Shown piece after piece: positions 1 through 10,440 of a DNA stretch of 64,000 nt. Position 1 is the stretch's first letter; every line of letters begins with the position of its first letter. This stretch comes from Macrostomum lignano (taxonomy: Eukaryota): positions 1 through 64,000 of the forward strand of contig NIVC01002260.1 in NCBI GenBank assembly GCA_002269645.1. The letters are read 5' to 3'. The notes under the pieces were generated by a model. That model searched no databases and was not told the origin of the DNA. It saw only the letters and a list, made by a program, of their open reading frames with translations. The position numbers were made by a program, and so were the translations under genes.

Positions 1-573
1 CCGGCGCTGCTTCTGGCCGGCGAATCGCATCTGCCGGAACTCCCAGAACAGCGACTTCAGCTCCGCCAGGCGAAACGCCGGCTTTGTCTCAACGCACTGA
101 GGTCACTCCGCCTCCCCTCTCCAGCAGCTCCTGCCGGGACTTCACTTTCCTCCGCTCCAGAAACTTCACGAGCTGCCGGTCCGTGTTGCGCCGCCTTCAC
201 GAGTTTTCTCCAGCGCTCTTGGCCCTTTTCTTCGAGGGCCTCCTCGCCAGCCGCTGCTGTAGGCGCTCTCGCGCGGTTCCAAAGCTTGGCGTTGTCCAGC
301 ACCTTCAGGAGCTCGTTGGTGGGAAAGCGCTGCCTCCGAACCCGGCTCGGTCGATGATATCTTGCGATGCTCGACACTGCTGCACATCCGTGACCTGCTG
401 CACCTCGATGAAGTAGTCCCGCAGGCACCTGCGCGTTTTTTGTCTCTTAAAAAAGGTCACGAGATCCTGGCTGACCGGCCGGCTGCCGATTTCCGCCGCA
501 TAGCCGCTCTCGCACTGAGACCCGCGCAGTTGCGGGTTTCTGAGGCGGACTGGAAATCGCTCAGTTCGGACAT
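1..573 (-). pseudogene. Frameshifted (or mis-sequenced) paralog of the adjacent adaptor-like family, probably with two copies of the helical domain; runs off the window edge
   Basis: ATG at 573 (MSELSDFQ). Switching frames yields family-like segments: CESGY, SQDLVTFFKRQKTRRCLRDYF, QRFPTNELLKVLDN, PRESAYSSG, TDRQLVKFLERRKVK and KPAFRLAELKSLFWEFRQMR. These resemble the SLxxFLxxxxxRxL / KFxxxELxxAL segments and the (D/E)S(G/A)Y motif of the genes at 861-4608. Several frameshifts are needed. Confidence 0.5.
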
Positions 574-860
574 GATCGCCCGAGATGGTTCGCTGCTTGG
601 CTACGTGGCGGTTCTGAGTCTTGGCTGGCTGGCTGCTTCGTCATATTTTTTATATCTTGGGTTCATTCCGCATTATAGTGCCTCCCCCTAAAATATCTGT
701 GACTAATAATACCCTCTAAGTGGGCTTTTGTTGTCACAATGTACAGTGCAGACTCGTGCACAATGCCCGGCATAATTTTTATATTTAAAATAGAGCTGGC
801 AGACAGATGCGCCTCCATAGTTTTTGCCCAGAACCGCCGCTTCATCCAAGCAGCTCAGAG

Positions 861-1769
861 ATGAGTGACGTGAGTAGGGCGATTCAGTCCTGGCAGGGCG
901 ACGCGCGGGTGAAGAAGTTCATCATCAAGTCCTGCCCGAAGGGCGACAGCCTCGGCCAGTTCCTCCGGGATGAGAATCTGCGAAGTCTCAACAAGAAAAT
1001 TGCCAAACAGAAAAATGCGAAATTCGCTATTAAAGATGTTGACGCGGCTGTGAACCATCTCAGGGACAGCTGGGCTGCCAAGATGTCGCAAGCCGCACGA
1101 GCGGAGCCGGGCTACGATAGCCTCGCCGAATCCGGCGGCCGAGCGGAGTCGGGCTACGATAGCCTCGCCGAATCCCCCTGCCGCAGCTCAGCCTCTGAAG
1201 CCAGCGCCACCCAGACTTGCAGAAGCGTCTCCTCTCTGGCCAACCGGCCGCTGCCGCCAGTGCCATCAGAGCGGCGGGACTCCGACCGCGGCTACCAGAC
1301 TCAGTCAGGCAGCCTGTCTGATGAGGACTCGCAGGCTGCCGGAGCTGCAGCAGCCCTAGCTGCGACCGCGGAGCCGAGCGTCCAGCCTCCGCGGCCGCAG
1401 CCGAGACGCTCTGCAGTCAGGGTGAGTCACAATGATGCCGCGAGCAGCTCCTGCGGTGCCGCCGAGGCTGCCGAGCAGCTGGTGGCGGACTCTGAGCAGG
1501 ACTCGGCTGGCCGCACCTGGTCGGAGGCCGCGGCAGTCAGAGCTCCGCAGGCCCGGCCGCGGCTCAGCTTGGCCCGTCGTTCCAGCGAGACTCGTGGCGG
1601 CGATGACGCGTCCAGCCTCTCGGGACCCGCCGCCACCGCTGCGGCCCCGCCATCGATCGGTCGGACGCCGGTCTGCCAGAACGGCTTCTTCAACATCCAC
1701 GGCGTCAAAAACGAGATCGATGTCGACCTGGAGGCTGTGAAAATGTTGATGGACTTCAAATCGAAATGA
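861..1769 (+). CDS. Uncharacterised adaptor-like protein, family member 1 (302 aa, intronless)
   Basis: GC3-rich ORF. The N-terminal ~75 aa align by eye with 2371-3105 (WQGDxxVKKF...SLxxF...KF...HLR). A low-complexity Ser/Ala/Pro tail follows, and AATAAA lies at ~1827. Start chosen by alignment to the paralog; the in-frame ATG at 807 is an alternative. Confidence 0.8.
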   Translation: MSDVSRAIQSWQGDARVKKFIIKSCPKGDSLGQFLRDENLRSLNKKIAKQKNAKFAIKDVDAAVNHLRDSWAAKMSQAARAEPGYDSLAESGGRAESGYDSLAESPCRSSASEASATQTCRSVSSLANRPLPPVPSERRDSDRGYQTQSGSLSDEDSQAAGAAAALAATAEPSVQPPRPQPRRSAVRVSHNDAASSSCGAAEAAEQLVADSEQDSAGRTWSEAAAVRAPQARPRLSLARRSSETRGGDDASSLSGPAATAAAPPSIGRTPVCQNGFFNIHGVKNEIDVDLEAVKMLMDFKSK

Positions 1770-2370
1770 TGACCTTCTGATTCATATTTTGCACTGCTCA
1801 ATTGGTCATTTTTTCTCTGTAAAATGAAATAAAAACAATAAATCTTTTCGCGCGATATCTTTTCAAAAATATATTCGAATAACCTCATTGAAATAGTTGA
1901 TCATCGTTTTTTTATTTCTGAGATCCGAATTGGATTGTAAAGTTTCTGTTGTCCTTGCATTTCGTTAACCTTGCCGTGCTGGCGCTGGCCTCGATGCAGT
2001 AAGAGTTTGCAAAATAGTCAAGGCTATTTTTAGAAACCATTGTTGGGAATTTCAAACAGAAGAGCTAATAGTGTCTAATAGAGGCACAACCCTTTTGCCC
2101 AACCCAACCCAACCCTTCTGACCAACCCCAAATGTTTATTCAGGCACCTGACGTCAGGGCCTATTAGGTAGGTGCGAATGTCAAGGTACTTTTGTAATTT
2201 TTTTTTATTCCTGACAATGTTTATTCCGTGTTATTGGAACTGCGGCCTACGGTTCTGTGCTTATTAAATGATATGACAACCCGCAGCCAGCGGCTACCTC
2301 GTATTAAATTTTTTTGCTCCTGATACACTTATAAATGCGCTGCAGACTTTCCAGTACTTAGCGCTCGGAC

Positions 2371-3105
2371 ATGCCAAGCCAGGTGGTCCAGGAGATTCGC
2401 TGCTGGCAGGGCGACCCAGCCGTCAAAAAGTTCGAGTCCGCCTGCTCGAAGTCGACCAGCCTGCAGGCGTTCTTCAGCGAGCGCAAGGATCAGCGACTAT
2501 TGAAGAAGTTCCACGATCAGAAGCCGCAGAAGTTCGAGCGCAACCAGCTGCTAGATGCCCTGCAGCACCTCCGGAACTGCCTGAGTCAGCGGCAACAGCG
2601 CGAGAACGCCACCGGAAGCGCCGCCGGAAGCGCCGCCAGAAGCGCCGCCGGAAGCGCCGCCGGAAGCGCCGCCGGAAGCGCCGCCGGAAGCGCCGCCGGA
2701 AGCGCCGCCGGAAGCGCCATCGGAAGCGTCGAAACCGGCTACTGCAGCGTGAGCACCAGCTCAAGTCTTCCCTTGGACGCAGCTGCCGACCCATCGCTCG
2801 GTGGGCCCGCGGCCTCCGTTCTCAGCCCGGTGGATCCGCAGCCGGCCGAGCCTGTCTACGACGAGCTGTACCCGCGCCGGCGGCTCCCTGCGGCACCAGC
2901 AGCTGTTGAAGCGCCGAAGCCGCGGTCTCGCGCCTCCCTGGCGACGCCTGGCGCCAATCTGGTGGGCTGCGCCTCGCCAACTCCGCCGGTGCCGGCGCCG
3001 CGAGCCTCGAGTGACGCGCGCTGGCGGCAGAGCAGCGGCATCAATATTTCTATAACTTGTCCTGTCCAGCTGCAGACTGAGTGTTATCAAGGACGACTGA
3101 ACTAA
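2371..3105 (+). CDS. Uncharacterised adaptor-like protein, family member 2 (244 aa, intronless)
   Basis: Intact ORF; N-terminal domain paralogous to member 1; (GSAA)n linker, ETGY and EPVYDEL motifs, Pro-rich tail; acceptor-like tttccag just upstream of the ATG. Confidence 0.8.
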   Translation: MPSQVVQEIRCWQGDPAVKKFESACSKSTSLQAFFSERKDQRLLKKFHDQKPQKFERNQLLDALQHLRNCLSQRQQRENATGSAAGSAARSAAGSAAGSAAGSAAGSAAGSAAGSAIGSVETGYCSVSTSSSLPLDAAADPSLGGPAASVLSPVDPQPAEPVYDELYPRRRLPAAPAAVEAPKPRSRASLATPGANLVGCASPTPPVPAPRASSDARWRQSSGINISITCPVQLQTECYQGRLN

Positions 3106-3780
3106 GGAGGAAGAGACACTTAGAGGAAAATAGTAGTATTTGCAGCAGGACAGTCCCACAACCAGTACGCTGGGGCAGTTCTGCCCATTCCGCTGACCCC
3201 TGAGCACATAGAAGTCCTGACTTTCTAATCATCAAGCATGTGCGCTCGTCTGTGCCTTTGGGGGGGGGTTGGCCCTCATGGTTGTGAATTGCGCGAAAAC
3301 CATACACAAAGCCCCAAGTGAACGTGGCCAGGGTGATGCGAGGGTCAGACGCCAAAATGATTTACAAGGAGTGAATATTTCGCAGCCCGAATTCCAGTGG
3401 AATTTATTTATTCTTAATCTTCTACTTAAGCTGCTCTTAGCTATCATATCCCTGATTTTTAAGCCAAATTATTAGAGTCAAATTCATCTTATTGACAGCC
3501 TGTCACCTCACGGTTCGTGTAAATCAATTGTTCAAGTATAGCAGATGTTGAATTGCCATGCAGTTTCATGCGATCTTGCCTGTCCCGTTTGCAGATCTTT
3601 TCAGTAGTTTTTGCAGTTCATTTTTTTCAATTTAAGCGTAGTTTTAATAAGGCACTTAGTAAGCCGCCCTTACTAGTCAGTGTCTAATTATAGACCTATT
3701 GTACATTTAGTAATTTGCACGAGCGTACAGCCTAAAAATGCCGAGCGCTCTCCCTTACAGCCGCACCGACAGCCATCGCG

Positions 3781-4608
3781 ATGAGCTCAAATGCGCTCTT
3801 TCTGATCGACATCGTCCGCGACTCGGGCGGCAGCCGGGAGGCCGGGAATTTCGTCATCAAGAACTTGCCGAAGAACCTCACGGCGAAAGACTTCCTGGAC
3901 AAGAACTACAGCAGGCGGCTGTCTCGTCAGTTCGAGGGCATCAAGAAACAGCCGTGCTCGCAGCGGGAGTTCCAGCAGCTCCTCGGCAAAATGAGGCGGC
4001 TCAGCCAGGCCTCAGTGAGCGGCGGCGAGCGAGACTCCGCCTACGACAGCTCGACAATTTCATCCCGCGCCTCCAGTGCCAACCAGCTGGTGGCGGCAAA
4101 GGCGGCGGAGGCGGCGGAGGCGAAGGCGGCGGAGGCGGCCAAGGCGGAGGCGGCCAAGGCGGAGGCAGCCAAGGCGGAGGCAGCCAAGGCGGAGGCGGCC
4201 AAGGCGGAGGCAGCCAAGGCGGAGGCGGCCAAGGCGGAGGCGGCCAAGGCGGAGGCGGCCAAGGCGGAGGCGGCCAAGGCGGAGGCGGCCAAAGGCAACT
4301 GGGAAGCCACGCGGGTGGTGCAGCCGGCGCAGCGGCTCGGAGCTCCGCCGCCGATTCTGACGCCGGGCTCGGAGAGGCCCGGAGGCGAGCCGCAGCGGTT
4401 GGCTCAGCCGCGGCTGCCCACGGTGCCACCGCAGGTGGCAGATCGGCAGCAGCCGCCGCCTCCGCCGCCGCCGCCATCCGCACCGGCACCTCAGCCGCAG
4501 CCGCAGCCGCAGCCGCAGCCGCAAGCGATCTTCAGGCCAGGCAGAGTCAGGCAGAGCGGTGCCATCAACGTCGTGGGCCACAGGACCAGCATCGCGGTGC
4601 GCGACTAA
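3781..4608 (+). CDS. Uncharacterised adaptor-like protein, family member 3 (275 aa; true start may be ATG 3738 with a 1-nt error near 3800)
   Basis: GNFVIKNLPK aligns with KKFIIKSCPK of member 1; DSAY motif, (AEAAK)n repeat, Pro/Gln-rich tail. Codons from 3738 to ~3800 look coding in another frame, suggesting a frameshift in the ttt run. Confidence 0.7.
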   Translation: MSSNALFLIDIVRDSGGSREAGNFVIKNLPKNLTAKDFLDKNYSRRLSRQFEGIKKQPCSQREFQQLLGKMRRLSQASVSGGERDSAYDSSTISSRASSANQLVAAKAAEAAEAKAAEAAKAEAAKAEAAKAEAAKAEAAKAEAAKAEAAKAEAAKAEAAKAEAAKAEAAKGNWEATRVVQPAQRLGAPPPILTPGSERPGGEPQRLAQPRLPTVPPQVADRQQPPPPPPPPSAPAPQPQPQPQPQPQAIFRPGRVRQSGAINVVGHRTSIAVRD

Positions 4609-5059
4609 GCGGAGATTTAAGGCCGGTGAACTGCGCTGTACATTAACTTTTCTGAATGCCAAACTGACATTAGCCTACTGACTGACCCTGTGTACATTAT
4701 CCAGCATGCGAATAATAAATTTATGATCCGTTCGCTCACAGTATGTAAACTTCTTTTCTGTTGCAAACAATAGCTCTTGGTCCCGCCTTGCCGTTACTTG
4801 AGGAGAGCATCAAAGCAGATGGGGCTGCTACAGTGCAGTGGCAGCGCTAACGAGCTGCTCCGCTCAAGCTCAAAAACGGGAATCACCAAAGCCTCAGATT
4901 TTTAAAAAAGTATCGCTTCGCACAAAGCACACCTGTCCTCCGCGTGCCTTTGTTCGCGCCAAGCTCCTGGAAACGTTGCGTTCAGACCCTGCCTGCCTCC
5001 TTGCCTGCTGCTCTCTTCACTGATAAACACGGCACCGATCTCGTTAGCTCAGACTGCCT

Positions 5060-5270
5060 TATGCTCTGCCTTCTGCTCTGCCCTCTGCTCTGCCTTCTGC
5101 TCTGCCTTCTGCTCTGCCTTCTGCTCTGCCCTCTGCTCTGCCTTCTGCTCTGCCCTCTGCTCTGCCTTCTGCTCTGCCTTCTGCTCTGCCTTCTGCTCTG
5201 CCTTCTGCTCTGCCTTCTGCTCTGCCTTCTGCTCTGCCTTCTGCTCTGCCCTCTGCTCTGCCTTCTGCTC
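5060..5270. repeat. 12-bp tandem repeat (CTCTGCCTTCTG)n
   Basis: Directly visible, about 17 copies. Confidence 0.95.
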
Positions 5271-6011
5271 TCTCCTCCTCCCTTACCTTCTTGAGACTTC
5301 TTGACCCCCCCCACAGCCTCAGATCTCAGGTCTCAGCAGCCCCAGCTCCCCCATCTCAGCAGCTGCCCCATCCCGCAAAATGTGAAAGGCCTCGGCAGAC
5401 CAAAGCAAGCAGTGGTGGGAAAATTCTCCCAACATGGGAGGCTGACCGGACGCTGCCGAGAAGCTGTCTCCACTGTTTTATCGCGAGTTCGAGCGGCGGC
5501 AGGCCGATCAGAATAAATTACTTATCCAAGCACCGAAGCTCCGCAGCTGCCGACTGTTTATTCAGAATTTATCAGCCCCGACCGGCCGCTGCCGCTCCGC
5601 CGATCAAAGCGGAGCTCGGTTCGATTTTGCACTTTTAGCTGCGAAACAAAAAGATTGGAGAAGGTGGATGAACTGAGCAATACAGAGAAGAGGTTTGAGC
5701 AGCAATGAGCCGCGCTGCACGAACCGAGTTATGAAAAACTGGCACTTCTCACCGCCCTTCTCTCCCAGCGGCCTCTGCGCCGCTTTCTTCGCCTTAACAG
5801 AGTTGGGGAGGAGCGCGGGCCGAGGAGCGTCCCCATTCAGTCCGGGAAATATTAGATTTTGCAACCCCCCCCCCCAACTGCAGCTCCCGCCAGGGCTGGG
5901 TGCTGGGCGCTCGTGTCATTTGCTTGATAATGGGGGGGGTCCACCTGCACTGCAGTGCGGCTCCCTGCGTGCGGGACTGGCTGGGTGCGAGCAGGGAGTG
6001 GGAGCGGCCAA

Positions 6012-6390
6012 GTTACAGTGTGTTAGCGAGCCTGTTACAGTGTGTTAGCGAGCCGATACAGTGTGTTAGCGAGCCTGATACAGTGTGTTAGCGAGCCTGT
6101 TACAGTGTGTTAGCGAGCCTGATACAGTGTGTTAGCGAGCCTGATACAGTGTGTTAGCGAGCCTGATACAGTGTGTTAGCGAGCCTGATACAGTGTGTTA
6201 GCGAGCCGATACAGTGTGTTAGCGAGCCTGTTACAGTGTGTTAGTGAGCCTGTTACAGCAGGTGTTCGGGAGGCTGTTACAGCAAGTGTTCGGGAGGCTG
6301 TTACAGCAGGTGTTCGGGAGGCTGTTACAGCAGGTGTTCGGGAGGCTGTTACAGCAGGTGTTCGGGAGGCTGTTACAGCAGGTGTTCAGA
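6012..6390. repeat. Compound minisatellite: ~22-24-bp TACAGTGTGTTAGCGAGCCTG units grading into 24-bp TTACAGCAGGTGTTCGGGAGGCTG units
   Basis: Directly visible. Confidence 0.9.
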
Positions 6391-6994
6391 AAGCCTCAGG
6401 TGCTGGATGGACACATGAATTCATGACCAGCTGTCTTCGGGCTGTGCTCTCGCATATATTTTGCACATTGTCCGTCTGTCTCTGCTCGGGCATTCGCGAT
6501 TTCCCAGCATCACGTGATGGAGCCCTCAAATTCAGGACGCCCGGCTGCATCAGATGAGGCTGGGCCAGGTGGAGAAAGGGTGGGGAGGGCTGAGCAGTTT
6601 GAGCTGCACGCTCATTTCACACCTTCTGAATTTTCCCACGGATTAACCCACAGTTCGACACCTTGCCAGGGGATCTGGGGATGAGGCGGCAGGTAACGAG
6701 GGCAGCGGGACGATCCAGCATCTCCGAATCCCAGACTCGATAATTCCATCATGCTTTATTGATGCCGAAGACTGCAGGACCTCCTCCCCAATGATGGGAC
6801 GCGGAGGCTGGCATTCTTCTCGCTCTCTCAAAGGCTGCCAACAGTCAGTGCCAAGTAATCCCTGCTATTCGCATCCCCGGCAGAGCTGTCCTTGCTCCCG
6901 TGCTCACGTTCTGCCACCCTCGAACTGGCATTTTTTATAACCGGGCCTTAACCCAAACCCCGTGTGTCTCAATCACTGACCTCTACCCCTGGTG

Positions 6995-8200
6995 CAGCTG
7001 CTGAGATGGGGGAGATGCTGAGATGGGGAGCTGCTGAGATGGGGCAGCTGCTGAGATGGGGGAGATGCTGAGATGGGGAGCTGCTGAGATGGGGCAGCTG
7101 CTGAGATGGGGGAGATGCTGAGATGGGGAGCTGCTGAGATGGGGCAGCTGCTGAGATGGGGGAGATGCTGAGATGGGGAGCTGCTGAGATGGGGCAGCTG
7201 CTGAGATGGGGAGATGCTGAGATGGGGAGCTGCTGAGATGGGGCAGCTGCTGAGATGGTGAGCTGCTGAGTCGGGGGAGCTGCTGAGATGGGGAGATGCT
7301 GAGATGGGGAGATGCTGAGATAGGGAGCTGCTGAGATAGGGCAGCTGCTGAGATGGGGGAGATGCTGAGATGGTGAGCTGCTGAGATGGGGCAGCTGATG
7401 AGATGGGGGAGATGCTGAGATGGTGAGCTGCTGAGATGGGGAGATGCTGAGATGGGGAGCTGCTGAGATGGGGGAGATGCTGAGATGGGGAGCTGCTGAG
7501 ATGGGGCAGCTGCTGAGATGGGGAGATGCTGAGATGGGGGAGATGCTGAGATGGGGGAGATGCTAAGATGTGGAGATGCTAAGATGGGGAGATGCTGAGA
7601 TGGTGAGCTGCTGAGATGGGGCAGCTGCTGAGATGGGGGAGATGCTGAGATGGGGAGATGCTAAGATGGGGGAGATGCTGAGATGGGGAGATGCTAATAT
7701 GGGGAGATGCTAAGATGGGGAGATGCTAAGATGGGGGAGATGCTGAGATGGGGAGATGCTAAGATGGGGAGATGCTAAGATGGGGAGATGCTGAGATGGG
7801 GGAGATGCTGAGATGGGGAGATGCTAAGATGGGGAGATGCTAAGATGGGGAGATGCTGAGATGGTGAGCTGCTGAGATGGGGCAGCTGCTGAGATGGGGG
7901 AGATGCTGAGATGGGGAGATGCTAAGATGGGGGAGATGCTGAGATGGGGGAGCTGCTGAGATGGGGGAGCTGCTGAGATGGGGGAGATGCTGAGATGGGG
8001 GAGCTGCTGAGATGAAGGAGATGCTGAGATGGGCAGCTGCTGAGATGAGGAGATGCTGAGATGGGGAGCTGCTGAGATGGGGAGATGCTGAGATGCTCAG
8101 ATGGGGGGCTCTGAGATGAGGGAGCTGCTGAGACGGGGGAGCTGCTGAGATGGGGGAGCTGCTGAGATGGGTCAGCTGCTGAGATGGGAGAGCTGCTGAG
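6995..8200. repeat. Long degenerate minisatellite built from GCTGAGATGGGG(A)G(A/C)T units (~15-16 bp)
   Basis: Directly visible, ~1.2 kb. Confidence 0.95.
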
Positions 8201-9044
8201 GATCAGTTTCTGTACACTGCTGCTTGTCTGCATCAGATGGAGGGGCAGGGGAGAGATGAAGAGTCCCGCCTGTTGCCAGGCGGGCGCGCAGGTAGGCGGG
8301 TCCAGTTTCCGACCAATTTTCTCGCCTCTCCGGGCGGGGCCTTGAGAGAGGCGGAGCCGCATTGGGGACCTGGCGGCAGTGCGATGTCGGGCTTGATTAG
8401 CTCCGGGCATCCGACGTGTCTGCGCCGAGATGGGGCGGAGAGGCTGCAGGGCCGCTGGCTGCTGCATGGCACAGAGGCTTCAATTAAGCAGTTGTCAGAT
8501 GCGGGCCGTCCGGCAGCCTCCCCAACTCCCGCTCTCTGGGCTTCATCGCTTTCACTGCCACTCAGAGGCCCCAGAATTGCAGGCGCAACACGCGGCGGGC
8601 ATCTCAGGGCCACTCAGCCACCGCAGCCTGCCTGGCATCAAGCAAGTCTTGTTCCGCTTTCATCAGAGCCCGGCTGCTGCGGCTGTCAGTCAGGATTGTA
8701 AATTATCGGACAGGTTCACCAGAGAGCAATTAGACTGATTGTAATTAATGTCGGGCCCCGTGGGCATCAGCGAGTCGGACAATTATGATGCAGGGCGGAG
8801 GCTGGACAATGGCCGGTGATGGATCACCGGGGCTCAGAGAGCTCGGCGCACTGCATTGAGCAGACTGCGCAGGCCCAGCCCAGAGCCGGGATGCACTTCA
8901 TATTAGTGACTTCTCACCCAAGCCTCGGCCCCGTTAGTCAAGGCCGCGACAGGCCCTCAGGCAGTGCATTGATATGCCGGATAATTCCACATAGTGATGA
9001 GTACGTGTCATTGTTGTTTGAGACAGGGTCTATTATTGAGACAG

Positions 9045-9460
9045 TGATGAGCAGTGATGAGCAGTGATGAGCAGTGATGAGCAGTGATGAGCAGTGATGA
9101 GCAGTGATGAGCAGTGATGAGCAGTGATGAGCAGTGATGAGCAGTGATGAGCAGTGAGGAGTAGTGATGAGCAGTGATGAGCAGTGATGAGCAGTGAGGA
9201 GTAGTGATGAGCAGTGATGAGCAGTGATGAGCAGTGAGGAGTAGTGATGAGCAGTGATGAGCAGTGATAAGCAGTGATGAGCAGTTATGAACAGTGATGA
9301 GCAGTGATGAGCAGTGATGAGCAGTGATGAGCAGTTATAAGCAGTTATGAGCAGTGATGAGCAGTGATGAGCAGTGATGAGCAGTGATGAGCAGTGATGA
9401 GCAGTGATGAGCAGTGATGAGCAGTGATGAGCAGTGATGAGCAGTGATGAGCAGTGAAAG
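9045..9460. repeat. 10-bp tandem repeat (GATGAGCAGT)n
   Basis: Directly visible, about 40 copies. Confidence 0.95.
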
Positions 9461-10267
9461 CAGAGTATGAAATTCGGCCTGGGGCTGGAAGCCGTCCTGC
9501 GGCTCCTCGCAGCTGGAAGTCTTCAGCCGTGCGACCCATTTTCTGTTTCTAAGAAACAAGGGATTACAGTGAGCCGGTCCCTGCGGCGGCAAGAGAAGCC
9601 ATGGCGCTGGCGGGCGCCGCCCTGCAGATCCCCCGCCCAGCTCAACAGAGGCGGCACTAATGAAGCGGTAATTTGGGATCGCGAGCGGCAGAGCAGCAAG
9701 CACCGAAGTCTGCACTGGAAAGCGGCAAGAGGCTACTAAAGCACAGATCATTTACGATCCGAAACTCCTATTCAGCAATGGAATAAGGCTATTCCTGGCA
9801 TCAAAAAAGAGCAGATCGTGGCCTGCACACGAGTAGGAGAAGGCGAGGCTCAGGCTGGACTCTCAATTATTGCGGTCTGTCCACCACGGCCAGCCTCCTC
9901 CAAGATTTCCCCACTTGCCCCCCCCCAGTCTTCTCCGGCGTCTCCGCCCCCTCCCCCCCCCCCGAGAGCAGCCGCTGCTGCACTTTCAGCGCAGTTGCGA
10001 CTTCTGGGCGATTTGCCAGACACCCCCGGTGCGGGGCGGCAGTGAGCACCGGCTTAGCGAGTCTCCGACCCCCCTCCTCCACCGATCCCCAGGGCCTGTC
10101 AGCTGCCAGTCAGTTGCAAAGCCCCGGAGTGCCTCCCCGCTGAGCTCTCCATGCCAGCAGACTGCCCGAGTGTAAACGGCCCGCTTGGCTCAGTAATCCT
10201 GAGCTTGGAACTGCAACCTCTGCAACTGCGGCGGATCAGCGCTGTCCTCAAATCTGGTCTGCGCGGT

Positions 10268-10440
<173 letters not shown>

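Noticed and set aside
3738-4646. 302-aa Gly/Gln-rich ORF overlapping family member 3
   Set aside because: Beyond ~3800 it is an alternative reading of the AEAAK repeat. Family similarity lies in the 3781 frame; only its first ~20 codons may be real.
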